A stretch of DNA of 64,000 bases from Camelus ferus (taxonomy: Eukaryota). The position numbers and the translations under genes are program-made. The stretch is from contig NC_045697.1 in assembly GCF_009834535.1 (NCBI RefSeq), positions 90,956,001-91,020,000 on the forward strand. The letters run 5' to 3'. How positions within the stretch are numbered: the stretch's first letter is position 1; each line of letters begins with the position of its first letter. The notes beneath the pieces were generated by a model that saw only the letters and a program-made list of their open reading frames with translations, searched no databases and was not told the DNA's origin. Shown one piece after another: positions 25,998-39,409 of this stretch.

Positions 25998-26300
25998 AAA
26001 GCTACCTCAGAGGTGTTGTGGGTTTGGTTCCAGACCACCACAATAAAGCTAGTCACATGAGTTTTTGGTTTCACAGTACATATTAAAGTTCTGTTTACAC
26101 TATACTGTAGTCTATTAAGTGTGCATTAGTATAATGTCTAAAAATACAATGTACACACCTTAATTTAAATATATTTTATTGCTAAGAAATGCTAACCGTC
26201 ATCTGACAATGCAGGGTTGCCACAAATCTTCAATATGTGAAAGGTGCAATATGTGCAAAGCATAATAAAGTGAAGCACAATAAAATGAGGTATGCTTGTA
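25998..26300. mobile_element. Internally deleted Tigger1-type element
   Basis: TACCTCAGAGGTGTTGTGGGTTTGGTTCCAGACCACCACAATAAAG ... AATAAAATGAGGTATGCTTGTA termini. Confidence 0.8.
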
Positions 26301-27764
26301 TATAAACCATCAATATTGTATTAGAAAAAAGAATAATTTTAGTAATGCTAATTATGTGAAGTGAAAGTATAAATATATAATACTAGATTTTACATGAGAA
26401 TAATAATGTTTAATTCTGGTATCTTCCCTAGGTATCTCTTATTTCAACATCTTGTAAGCTCTTAGTCTCCCTGGTGGGTGCCGGGGCTGTACAGATAAAT
26501 AAGCCATGGACCTTGTCTTCAAGGAATGTGCAGTTCCTCTTGGGAGACAACTGGTAAAGGGCTCTGAAAACACAAAGGACAGGATGCACTCCAGAAGAGA
26601 GGAGGTGGCGTGAAGGTGTTGGCCAGGAAGGCCTCTTGGAGGAGATAATCCCAGGGTGCCTAGTGTATCACACTGATGGGGGAGGCTTGATTGCTGAGCA
26701 GATAGGCTCTGGAGTTAGGGGGATTCAAATCCTGACTCTGCTACTTACTAGCTCTGTGGCCTTAGGCCTTGATTTGATTTGGTCTCTCTAGGCTAGGCCT
26801 TTGTTTCCTTAAATGTAAGATAGGGTGACAGTATCGAACTTGATTTCAAACAGGTGGTTTTGAGAATCGGATGAGAGCACTTAGAATACTTACAGAGATA
26901 GATCTGGCACAACATAAGCGTTCAGAACATGAGAGTTGTTGTTTGATAATGTTTTATAACAACGTGAAAGTGTTCTGCAACTTCAAGTTCATGGACTTTG
27001 TGTAGATTCTGTTTATCTCCTCAAATATTAACCACTTATCAAGATTTTCTAGTTTCTAAAATTCTTCTGCAGTGCTCCTGTTTCTCAAATTGCTGCTTAC
27101 AGTACTAAGGCCACGTTAGGGAATTACAGCCAGGTGAGATGGTATTTGGGCTAAGGTGTTGTGACATCGGGGACAGTCTTACCCCTAGATGTCAACAGGC
27201 TCTCATTTAAGACTGAATGATGTATTCTGGATGAGGGCTTGATGAAATCTGACTGACTCTTGAGTAACAGTGTATTTCAGAATTAAAATAGATTTTGTTC
27301 TTTTCTTTTTATTAGATGTAAAGTTAAAACCCAATAATTATCCTCAAAATAAGGAGAACATCAAACCTCAAACCAAAGTATAAAGAGAGAAAGTTCTAAT
27401 TGATTCCAACTTAATTCTTTTTATTGAAAATATTATTCAGAAAAGTTGTCATGTAGGATCCCTGACATCCCTTGGAGAGTTAAGTTAAAAAAAGCTATCT
27501 TGGATTTTAGTACAAATTTCAAATGTCTATTTTTAAACTTTGAGGAAGATGTGTAAGTTCAGTTTTGCCCATTGGCCTGGACTTGAGCACCTATCTTTCT
27601 TTGCACGTTTATAGCTCCATTAACAAATGCTCTAGAAGAAAAGACCCTTTGTAGTCAGCAGTGGTCAAACAAGAAAATCCTCATGAGACATGCCAGACAG
27701 GGTAGCACGAGCTCAGCCAAGCCTGCCTGTAAACAGTCTCATTGAGGATCCTCAGGCAGCACCA

Positions 27765-27799
<35 letters not shown>

Positions 27800-28257
27800 C
27801 GCACAGCTGCAGAGCAGCAAGGCTACAACTCCTCACAGTTTCTCTTTGGGGTCTGTATCTTTTCCTTTCTCTGCCATTTCCCTCTCTTGGCCATAATTCT
27901 CCCCACTGACTCAGGGCTGGTCTCTACCCTTCCCTCTGATATCAGTTGTCAGACTGTCTTTTCGGGAGCCTAGGATCCTCTTTGTGATAATTCTCCCTGC
28001 CCCACCTTTAGACACTCTCTCCTTCCCTCTCTGTCGAAACATGAAAAGATCATGAGCCCAGATGGGATGGTTCCAACTGTACGTTTCTGCCAGAGAGCCC
28101 TGCTGTCCTTGGGAGAAGGTGGCTGGAACTAACCACAGTACACTTTCTGCAAGACCAGGCCCCCAGCCTGAGGCAGTGAAGATGGCAGCAAAGACCCTGG
28201 CCACCAGTACCAGTAAATTCCCATGCAGCAGGTCCTGCTCACTCCTCTTGCATCTTT

Positions 28258-28824
28258 TAAAAATTTTTTTTAATTGAAGTATAGTCAGTTTACAGTGTTG
28301 TGTCAATTTCTGGGGTACAGCACAATGCTTCAGTCATACATGAACATACATATATTTATTTTCATATTCTTTTTCACTATAAATTATTGCAAGATATTGA
28401 ACATAGTTCCCTGTGCTATGTAGTATGAACTTGTTTATCTATTTTATATATATATTAGTATCTGCAAATCTTGAACTCCTAGTTTATCCCTTCCCACTCC
28501 CTTCCCCATCTGGTAACCGTAAGTTTGTTTTCTATGTCTATGAGTCTGTTTCTGTTTTGTAAATAAGTTTGTCTTTTTTTTTTTAAGATTCCATGTATAA
28601 GAGATATCATATGGTATTTTTCTTTCTTTTTTGGCTTGCTTCACTTAGAATGACAATCTCCAGGTCCATCCATTTTGCTACAAATGACATTATTTTATTC
28701 TTTTTTATGGCTGAGTGGTATTCCATTATATAAATATCCCACATCTTCTTTATCCAGTCATCTGAAGGTGGACATTTAGGTTGTTTCCATGACTTCACTG
28801 TTGTAAGTAGTGCTGCTATGAACT
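28258..28824 (-). mobile_element. 5'-truncated lineage-specific L1 (end of ORF2 + 3'UTR)
   Basis: ORF2 C-terminal motif WKQPKCPPSDDWIKKMW...MEYHSAIKKN. TSD CTCTTGCATCTTT at 28245-28257 and 28825-28837. Confidence 0.92.
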
Positions 28825-31658
28825 CTCTTGCATCTTTACTCTCTCCCCTCCCTCTGTCTCAGAGACTTCTGTTGCATATTTTATGGTTTTCAGAATGTTT
28901 AGTACTAGTTTAATACACATTTAATTCTGTTTTCATACTGTATAAAATGCTTTGAAATTGGGATATGACTCTCAATGCCTCATATTATTTCTATGTCTGA
29001 AAATGAAGTTTATGACAAAGAAATATGTTGATGGAATATAATAGCTTCATTAATAGAGGCAATTAGTAAACTGACTTGTCATTAAGGAATATTTAAATTT
29101 ATTTTTTGACAAAATAATTGTTTATTAATAGTGATTAAGGAATACTTAATAGCAAGTAATGCATCAACAATTGTTAATTTCTTATTTATCACATTTGCAT
29201 TAAAATAACAATAAAGGAAATAAATAGAAAACCTTCACTTACAATTCTGCCACTCCATATAATTACTGTTTTTATCTTCCTGTGTTCTCTTCTAGGCTTA
29301 GGCCATGTGTTTCTGAAGCTGCCAGTTGGGGTTCCTATTGCATTTCTGTGGTAGAGGAATTCTTGTGAAAAGTTGTATTCCATCTGGGGGTTGTACCTCA
29401 AACTAGCTCTTAGTAGTACCCACCCACATTTTAACTTGCTGCTTTAGTCTATTATCTCAGAACTCTGGCTGTACCATTATGGTACTGAGATCCTCTTTTT
29501 TTTGGAGTGGTTATGATGGGACTGTGACTTTACCACCAGTACATGGAAGAATAGCTGTGCGACTCAGTTTTCATTGTATGTTTCATTGGCTGTAGAGAGT
29601 TTGTGGGTACTAATAGGCCTTTACACCTAAGAGTTGAATTCCTTCATTATCTTGGATCCCTTTGTGCTATTGACATCATGAAAAGTTCTCAGCTCAGGAT
29701 AGGCAATGGATAGGGCCTGAAGTAATAATCTACTTCATCCTCCAAAAGGCACAGCCACATGTACTCCAAGCTCAGTGGAGAAACACTGGCCTCTCCCTCT
29801 TTCTAGTTTTCTTTCTGAAGTTGCAGATTTCTTATCTTAATATGTATAAAACTTGTCCGATTGTAAAAATCATCTGAAGTGCTGGTGAAAAACACAGTTT
29901 TCATGGCCCTTACCAGATCTATTGAATCAGAATTTGGAGGGACTGCTTAGTTCAAATATGTACTCTGGATAATTTTTACAATCCAGGCAGATTTGGGAAA
30001 CAGTAGTTTATTTGAAGCAAATTCATAGCTGCTGGTTTGCTTAGCCCATGTTTGGGGGGAGATGGTCGGCAAATCCATCCTCAGGAGAACAACAGCTGGG
30101 TAGGTCCTGTCCTTACTATACTCCAAATATGGCTGTGACTGTGGCTTGTGAAATGTAGCACAAGAGATCAGGCCAGTGTGGGATGACTGTCTTCCCCTCC
30201 CAGGGTCATCATACAGAAGACTGCCACAGCCTTCACCTTGCCTCAGTGAAGAGGGAGAAATGTATAGATGGGGTTATTTTCTGTGTGTCACATGCAACTT
30301 CAGAATTTCATTCCTCACTGAAATTATAATTATGTACATTTAGAAATTTTCCTTATGCTTTCTTCATGTGGTTACTGGGTTATTTAAAATCTAGTTTATA
30401 CACTGAAAGCTTGCTCCCTCATTAATCTCACTGCCATTAATTTGAAAGATAAGCAGAGTTTATGCAACTCTAGGCCATAGCCCAGAGCTAGAGTAGTATT
30501 CCCTGAAGAAGGCTGGTCCCCAAATTGGGAAATACTGGGGCTTTTTGAGTTTAAACTCACTTCCTGGGTGCCTCTCCTTGCCCTGGGGCATCAGGGCCCT
30601 CCTGCTGTCCTCCAGCTGCCCACTTTCTCTACTCTTTCTCCTTCCTTCCACGGCAGTGCCCCATGCTCCAAAACTGTCTTTCCTTCCCTTTTAAGTTCTT
30701 ATCCTGAGTCAAAGGAATGGATGAGGTGAACATATAACATAGTGGGAATGAGTGATGGCTTATTGCATTAACAGACTGTCCCAAGGACACTGACATTTTA
30801 AGACAATACTTGTTATACTAAAGGACTAAGTCTTGAATACAGGTTGTCAGGCAGTTTCAAAGGAGAGTGAGGGATCTTTAAATCACACCACAGGGCCATA
30901 GTTCACTCTGCTCCCCGAGGTCAGCTGATGTTCTTGGAAATATGTTGATATGGTGTTCAGTCAAGAAGGCCAAGGTAACATGCTTGGATCTGGTTAAAGG
31001 GCAAGTCCAGGCCTTTCTCCCCACCCTCTTGGTCTCTCATCTCCAGCAGGGTGCCACATGGGTGCAGTCTCTGCAGGGGGGGATTGTCATGGGAGCAAAC
31101 AGATCCAGAGCCAGGAACTATGCAAATCCACAGTTAGGCTCCTCACATTTTCAATACTTAAGACTGTTGACTTGTGGATTAAACAGGTGTCAGAGCCCTT
31201 TCACGTAGGTAGAATGAAGGACCTTTGGCAGAGGCTCTTATCACTGTGTGTAAAGGTGAAAAATTGATTGGAAGAAAACGTGGTAATTTATTCTCCCTTA
31301 TGCCAGTTGAAAGTTTAATCTCCATGTCTTTCTGTGTCACTGAAATAATAAATTCAAATCCAACGAGGCAGGCTTTTTTTCTTCATTAAAAGATTCTGCA
31401 TTGGGAAGTCAAAACATTTGACAGAGTAAACGCAGAGTGAATAATAGAGAAAGTATGCTGTACTCCTCCCACAAGCCAGGATACAAAACTTAGTCATTTA
31501 TCAGGCTATGTGTTGCGACATTTTATGCTTCCTGCTGTCCTTGGATCCTTAGGTATTGTGACTTCTTGGTGATTTTCAGTGATGGGACAGGCCTACAGAA
31601 ACAAGACTGGACATGGCTCTATTGAATTTCATTTTCACCCCACTCTTACCCATTTAAC

Positions 31659-32024
31659 TTTTTTTTTAATTGAAATATAGTCAGTTTACAATGTGTCAAT
31701 TTCTGGTGTACAGCATAATGTTTCAGTCATACATATACATATATTTATTTTCATGTTCTTTTTCATTATAGGTTACTACAAGATATTGAATATACATCCC
31801 TGTGCTATACAGTAGAAACTTGTTATTTATCTATTTTATGTTTAGTAGTTAATATTTGCAAATCTCTTAACTCCCAATTTATCTCTTCCCACTCCCTTTC
31901 CTCCTGGTAACCATAAGAAATATATGGAATGCTTCATGAATTTGCATGTCATCGTTGCACAGAGGCCATGCTAATCTTGTGTGTGTTGTTCCAGTTTTAG
32001 TATACGTGCTGCTGAAGCAAGCAC
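31659..32024 (-). pseudogene. Chimeric U6 snRNA-L1 retropseudogene (U6 32024..~31918; L1 3'UTR ~31917..31659)
   Basis: Minus strand reads GTGCTTGCTTCAGCAGCACGTATACTAAAACTGGAAC...AAGATTAGCATGGCC...GATGACATGCAAATTCATGAAGCATTCCATAT (full-length diverged U6). It joins directly to sequence homologous to the L1 3'UTR at 28258-28520 and ends in poly-A, with a degenerate TSD. Confidence 0.93.
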
Positions 32025-33719
32025 ACATTCTTACACATTAATACTTTTCATATTAAATAAAAATCTGAAATGTTGGTAACAGAATTTGATGGGCCTGATT
32101 TCCATCTACAAAGTTTACTGAATGATAACTGAAGAAATTTTTTGGCTCAAGACCAGTGATTAAATACTCCAAGAGACCTATTTCTCTGAGTGCCTTTGTA
32201 TTTAATATAGTGCTTTGAGTGACTTTGAATTAGAATAAGTGTTTAACTTATTCTTCAACTGTATTAAAAGAAGCAAGTGTAGATATTTTATTATGAAACA
32301 GTGAACAGTTTCTCAGTAATAAGTGATACTTCTGGGTGCCAGGCTCTAAGTGTTGTATGTGTGTCATACCTTGTTCTCTCAGCAACCTCATGAATGGTTG
32401 CCATTTTGTCACTATTTTTAGATGAGGAAACTGAAGCACAGGTATTTTGGGTGTCAGGAAGGTCTACACTGGCTAATGGTGCTGCTGGGCTGTGGACCTG
32501 GGCAGCATTACTCCAGCATTACTCCGTAGTCTTTATGCTTAGCCACAGAGCCATACTGCCTGTGAAGCAGCAACAATAAAAGCCTAGAAGAATATACTGC
32601 AACCTGGCAGGACAAGTCCCCTCTAGGATTATGAGAAAACTGGGCCAGAGAGAACAGTTATCTTATCTGTATTATTTGAACTTCTACTTATGATGATAAT
32701 GTATATATCAATGTAATTGAAACTTTTAAGTTAAAATCTCCAAGTTCTAAGTCAGATTATTAATTTCCATAAATTCATTGCTATTTAAAAAAAAGTATCA
32801 GTTAGATCCTAAAACTAGTAAAGAACTTAGGGATTGTGTTAAAGAGATTGTTTAACACAAGCCCCTTGTTTTTCAGATGAGGAAGCTGAAAGCTATGACT
32901 TGCTGAAGCACACAGAACTAGTGACAGAGAAGATCTGCTGATTTTGTGTGCTTTCTTTTGCATTTTTGAGACATATCTTACATGGAGTAATTTACAGATC
33001 TTAAGTGAATAGTTTGAGAATTTCATCAAATGCATGTACCCATGTAACCAGTTTCAAAGTCATGTAGATCATTTAGATCCTGTGATATAGATCATTTCCA
33101 TCACCCTAAACATTCCCTTATGCTAGGCAATGCTTTGAAAACTACCTTTGTTCATTAGTGTGTATTCGTAAGAATTCAAGTGCTTACATTTCATGTGTAT
33201 TCACACATTTTACACTTCTCCGCAAAGATATATTTTAATGTGTATGTGTGTGCATACTTCCTTAAAGACAAGAAAGGGTTTTCACAAAATCCCATGCTCT
33301 TTTTCTTATCCTTTACAAACCAGTCCCTAATGGCTGAAATTGCTAATGGGTGATCCTTGTTTACAATCGTTAGCTCAGGTTGTTCTTCAGCCTGAGATAA
33401 TTATCATTCCATACAAAGTTTTTCTTCAGTTGTATCATGCTTAAGCTCCCCAGACATTTATAGTCAAAGTACATGTCTTTTTTTTTTTTTTCCTGTTACT
33501 CAACAGTTTCTATCTCAAAATACTGGAAGTTCTGTAAGAATAAGACATACTGACTAAACCCAGTGCATCTGAGCATGGGCAAGTTTGGTCTGCTGTGCTT
33601 TGTGTTAGCTAGAAAAGCTTTCCAGATGAGTTGGTGGTGAATCAACCAGTGATAATCTGTTATTTTGGCTCCTTGTGCATCCTTCTCTTTCTCTGTTTGC
33701 TCTTCAGTCTTGGTGAATG

Positions 33720-33788
33720 GTGTGTGTATGTGTATGTGTGTGTGTGTGTGTGTGCATGTGCATGTGTGAGAGAGAGAGAGAGAGAGAC
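33720..33788. repeat. Compound (TG)n(AG)n microsatellite
   Basis: Directly visible. Confidence 0.9.
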
Positions 33789-34289
33789 AGCTATTGTCTG
33801 GCAGTGGTACCAATGTGTTGATGAGCAATTTTCAAAACTGATTCCATGTTCAAAAGTATGGGAAATCTCCTCTGGTATCAGTGGATCCCATATAAGTTTG
33901 ACATCTAAAATGGTACAGTCTTCTTTTTAGATCTTGTTCTACAGAATTATTCTAAAATCCACAGGAAATATTCCCAAAGAAAATGAAGTAATTTTTATAT
34001 CTATGTTCTTAGCAGTGACACTGTAATTGTGAAAATGGGAAATGACACGAATGTTCAATAGAAGAATGAACTATGTATAGTTCATAAAAATGATTGATAT
34101 TTGACTAAGTTGACATATAGCAATTTTTAAATAAGACAATATTAAATGAAAAAGAAGATCCTAAAGTTTCAATTTCTATATAACTATTAAATTATATCTA
34201 TGTTAAAAAATGAATACCTTAAAAGAAATTGGCTATGAAACTTTTACTCATGAAAATAATTTTGATTTTAATGCTTTTTAGGGTCTTTA

Positions 34290-35130
34290 AAAGAGTTTTT
34301 ATTTTGAAATAATTTCAAACTACAGAAAAGTTGCAAGAATGGTGCCAAGCACTCTCCCAACCCTATACCCTTTACTTGTAGTCACTGATTTTTAACATTT
34401 TGCCATAGTTTTATTACTTGCTTTTTCTCTTTCCATGTGGATGTACCTATTTTTTCTGAATCATTTGAGAGTAGGTGGCATACGTCATGCCCATTTACAC
34501 CCTGATTCTTCAGTGCATTTTTCCTAAAAACATGGATATTCTCTTATGTAACTACAGTAGAGTTATTAAATTCAGGAAATTTAGCATGAATACAAAACTT
34601 TAAACAATCTACAGTCTCTGTTTCAGTTGTCCATTGTCTGTGCCAACATTGTCCTTTTCTAGCATTTCCTCCCTCCAGTTCAGAATCCAGTCTAAGATCA
34701 TATATTGTGTTCAGTCATGTTATCTCTTTAGCTTTCTTTAGTCTGGAAGAACTCCCCACCTTTCTTTCTCTTTTATGACATTGACATATTTGAAGAACAT
34801 GAGCCAGTTATTTTATATTCCTCAGTTTGGTCTTGTGTGATGTTTCTTCATGATTAGGTTCAGATTTCTTCATGAGGAAGTTAGATGTTTGGCTAGAAAA
34901 CTATAACAGAAATGTCATGTCCTTCTTGGCGTAGGGCATCTGGAGTCACATGATGTCCTCCTCATTGGTCATGTTAGTATTGATCATTTGATCAAAGTGT
35001 TACCTGATTTCTTCACAGTACAGTTAGTATTTTCCCCCTTGTGACTGATAAGCAGTCTGAGGGGAGATGTGTTAAGAGCACATGAAAATATCATGCTCCT
35101 TATCCCAGTCTTCCCTCTAGACTTAGCATC
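34290..35130 (-). mobile_element. Old L1 3' region (L1MC-like)
   Basis: TTTTATTTTGAAATAATTTCAAACTACAGAAAAGTTGCAAGAAT terminus and a typical 3'UTR body. Confidence 0.7.
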
Positions 35131-35750
35131 TATCTTGGTTCCTTTTTAAAATCATATTTTCTAAGACTTACATATACTCTAGGTAAAGAGGAAAACGAGT
35201 GATTTTGCTGAGGTTGTACCTTTGCCTGTAATACCCCCATTCAGACCTGTCTAGTTTGCACCACAATTTAGCGTATCTCAAAATACTATCTACTTCCCTA
35301 CCTATCTGTGACTAGATTTAATGTCTTCCTCTTTGACCTCCAGGAGCACTTTGTACTTTCTTGGGGGAACATGTTAATTTTTACTTTGTGCTTGTAACAC
35401 TGGTGTACTTCCTTTATCCCAGTTACCAGACAGAAAGTACCTTAAGGGTATGGACTGTGTCCTAATAATTTCTGCAAACTTCTCTGGGCCTAGAAGAGGC
35501 AAACAACTGGAGACACGTGATCAGTGTTTCTTCATGAAATGCATATTTATTCGTCTTACTCAATGCCTCTGATGTGCTGGGTGAATACCCAACTGCATAT
35601 TTCAAGAACTTAATTTCATCTGTTTAACATCTTTACACTCCTGTTTAACAACATATTGCTATTTTGCTCCTTCGGGGCAATGGAAAGTAAGAATGGAAAT
35701 TTCTAGTAAGAATGGAAACCCTTCAGGGTCTGTCATTTCTGTATTCTTAG

Positions 35751-35878
35751 CTCAGGTGTTATGAAAAGTGTTGTCAAGTGAATGAGTTGCTTCCTTGCTG
35801 TGAGGATTTGTGTTTCATGTTTCCTTCTAAGTCTCGTACTAGGGCACTGGGCCAGCTTCTTATTGCTTTGACAAGAAG
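35751..35878 (+). pseudogene. Relic exon candidate, fully open
   Basis: Acceptor TTTCTGTATTCTTAG, donor AAG|GTATGA. LRCYEKCCQVNELLPCCEDLCFMFPSKSRTRALGQLLIALTR with no stops. Confidence 0.55.
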
Positions 35879-36389
35879 GTATGATGAGGTCTGCTCTTCC
35901 TCCAGGGCATCCTTCTAACACTCATTATGGATAACTCCGCATGTGTATTGATAAGAGGGCAGATCCCTACCTAAGGATATCCCTGTGTGTAGGCTTTAGA
36001 AACTGAAAGTATAACCTGCCAAAATCATAGGAGTTAGGAGCCAAGGTTATTAATTTGTTCGGATAGTATTAATTTGTTCTGTCAAGACATGTAAGAACAA
36101 GCATTAATTTATTTTGTAAGTTTAATGAATGTTTAGAAGAAGCAAAATTCTAAGTAGGCCAATCAAATCTTATGGTACAACTAACTTGCAATTATACTGC
36201 AAAAAGTTGTCCAGACAGATGACACTGGACTGCTCGTTACTTCATACAGAAAATGTATAAAATGTATAAAAATCCATGTTTTCTAAAGTGTATTATTTTA
36301 TGTTAAGTTTTCGAAACGGATGAAGCCATGTTACTCTTCATAGTGGGGCTTTCCTTTACAATATGAACTGGTTTATTATTTAAAACTAA

Positions 36390-37450
36390 TGTAAAAATTG
36401 TATAATAGTTTTAGATTTCCAGAAAAGTTGCACAGATAGTACAGAGAACTCTCGTATCTGCCACACCCAGTTTCCCTTTATTGTTAACATCCCATATCAC
36501 TAGGTATATTTCTCAAAAGTTAGAAATAAACATTGGTACATATTATTAACTAAGCTTAAGGCTTTATTCAGATTTCACCAGTTTTTTTCCTACTGTCCTT
36601 TTCTTTGTTCTAGGATCCCACCTAGGATATCACATTACATTTAGTTAATGTGTCTCCCTAGCCTCCTCTGATCTGTGATGGTTTCTCAGACTTTACTTGT
36701 CTTTGATGATGACCACAGTTTTAAAAGTGCTAGTCAGGTTTTTTGTTTGTTTGTCTTTTGTTTGTTTTTGTTTTTTTAGAATGTCCCTCAATTTGGATTT
36801 CTTCAATGTGTTTTTCATGGTTAGATAGAGATCAAGGGTTTTGGGGAAGAAGACTACAGAAGTGTAATGCCATTCTCATACATCATATTAAAGTTACATG
36901 CCATCAGTGTGACTCTTCATGTTGATGTTAACCTTGCCAACCTTGTCAGGTTTCTCTACTGCAAAGTTGCTTTTTTCTCCTTTTCCATTCTCTACTTTTT
37001 GGAAGCTGGTCACTGTGGCCAGCCAACTATAAAGGGGATAATGGGGTGGAAAATTAAAGTTTAACCTCTTGGAGAGGGGAATATCATCATAAATTATTTG
37101 GAATGCTTCTATAAGGGAGATTTGTCTCTTCTCATTTATTTATTCAGTCATTTATGTACATCAGTATGAATCCATTAATATTTATTTTACACTTTGGTTA
37201 TAATGCAATACTTTGGTATTTATTTTGTTGCTCAAACTAGTCCAGCTTTGGCCACTGGGAGCTCTTTCAGTTGGTTCCTATGTCTCTTTGATGTCCCCCC
37301 ATCATTTTTGCTTTTTGACCACTCCCTGGCTTTCTAGTACTACAAGATGCTCCTGGATATCTTGTATATTCTCTGCTCCAGCCCTAGAATCAGCCATTTC
37401 TCCAAAATACCATGGTTTATTTTATAGGAAAATGGTATTAGAAACCAAAA
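36390..37450 (-). mobile_element. Old L1 3' region (L1MC-like)
   Basis: AGAAAAGTTGCACAGATAGTACAGAGAAC ... CCAGCCCTAGAATCAGCCATTTCTCCAA. Confidence 0.7.
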
Positions 37451-38505
37451 TCTCATCCACTTTTGATAATTTAATAATGAATTTTGGAAATGAAAGTGAG
37501 AGATGATAAGCTTTGATTACAACTATCTGAATGAATTTTAATCATAACTTTGCCATGAATAGGCTGATCAACCATCCCAGTTTGCCTGGGACTGAAAGGT
37601 TTCCAGGGATGTGGGACTTCCAGTGATAAAACAAGGATAAATTGGCACCCTAGTCATAGAATTGGTTGTCTCTTGGTTGCAGGGGACAAAAACCTAAATA
37701 AAACTACCTCAGTTAAAAAGGGGAATTTAATGACTCATTTAACTGGAAAATCTAAGGATGAATGGGTTTCAGGAAGAGCTAGATCTAGGGACCAAATGAT
37801 ATAATTAGGGATCCCTCTGACTCCCATGTTTCAATTCCTCTTCTCTCTCTGTGCTGGTTCTTTTGTAGACTCTCTGCATGTGATTGGAAAAGTGTGGGCT
37901 ATCTAATGAAGAAGAACAACTGTCCTCATCTCCTAGGACAGAGATCAAAACTGAAATGCCTAGAGGGATGAGGCATGTAGCATAAATGAGTGGAACAGGC
38001 TGGGTGGAGGACAATAGGGAGCAATGGGAAGTTTAAGGGGAAGCTCTAGTAATTGATGCTGTGCAGGATGCAAGTTCACTATTGCCAGATACTCCCAATG
38101 TTTCAAAAGAAGCCAGAAATGTGAAACCCTGCTTTTTAAATGTTGGTAATTTAATCAATTAAATAAGAACACTATTTATACCAAGAAAATACACACATGG
38201 GGCAAACACTTGTGGGCTACCAGTTTATAACCCTTATCTTCAGAAGCTCAGGGCCACCTCCTGGCTGCCTGAGGACATACTTGGGCACCTACCTGTGGAA
38301 GGTGATTCACTTAATATTCTCAGGATATGTTTACTGTTTTTGAAAATGGATCCTGTTTAACTTTATAATGACCAAATTCATCCAGCACTTGCTATGTGCC
38401 AGGCATTGTACTAAGCAATTCACACATATCTTTTAATCCTTAAAATAACCCTGTGAAGTAGTTACTATTATTATTATCATCATCATAGACTTCCTACAGA
38501 TGAAG

Positions 38506-38610
38506 AAACCCAAATAAAGCTATCCCAGTTAAAAGTAATTTAATGACTCATTTAACTGGAAACCCTAAGGATGAATGGGTTTCAGAAAGAGCTGGATGTA
38601 GGGACCAAAT
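38506..38610 (+). repeat. ~105-bp local duplication of 37689-37797, inserted in a MIR
   Basis: Shared AATTTAATGACTCATTTAACTGGAAA, CTAAGGATGAATGGGTTTCAG and TAGGGACCAAAT. Confidence 0.9.
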
Positions 38611-39409
38611 TGAGTAGAGAGATTGTATATTTTCCTAGACAATACACAGCTGGAGGCACCAAGACAGGTGCCTGCTGGGTCTGACTATAATGCTCAGATT
38701 TTTTGCTCCTTTGCTGTATTGCTTCAAATGGCTGCAGAGCAGAGGCATCTTATATCTCAGAGCAGGTCTGAGGTGGAAAAGAAGCTTAGAGATTACCTGG
38801 TATGTTAACCTCCTTATTTTATAGATGTAGAAATGGAGGCCAAAAGCAAGGAGTGACTTTGACAAGGTCTCATAGCCTGTCAGTTGCTCAGCTGAGATAA
38901 GTTTGAAGCCCTTTTGATGTACCATGTAGCTTCTGGGACTTGCTAACTGCAAGGACCAAGTCCACGTTGGGTTTTACAAAGCATTCTAACGCCTTGACAG
39001 GTTATCCCTGCCATTGATGTTCCTGAATTGACACATTCTCCATCTCTCATACACTAGGCTCTTCAGAGCAGGAAGTATTTCCGTGTCTTTTTAACCAGGA
39101 AAGAAGATGACAACAATTATTTTTCTCTAAGTTTATAATTTCATCTATAAGCTCAGCAGCCATCACTATGATCTGAGTGTGAGGCCAAAGTGCGGGTGGG
39201 GAAGACATTTCACAGCTATTGTAACTGTCTTTTAAGGTCTTTCTGTCAATTCTTAAGAGATATGTCACCAAGAAGCCTTGAAAGCTACATTATGTCTACA
39301 TAGAAATGATCATAATGTTCAGTTCCAAAAATACTAAATTCCAGTGTGTGATTTGTTAAAGATATATACATGTGAATTTAACAGATACTTAAAGACAGCC
39401 TTTCCTAAG

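Noticed and set aside
31918..32024. Functional U6 snRNA gene
   Set aside because: Many substitutions including the ACAGAGA box, fused to L1, and no recognisable upstream PSE/TATA.
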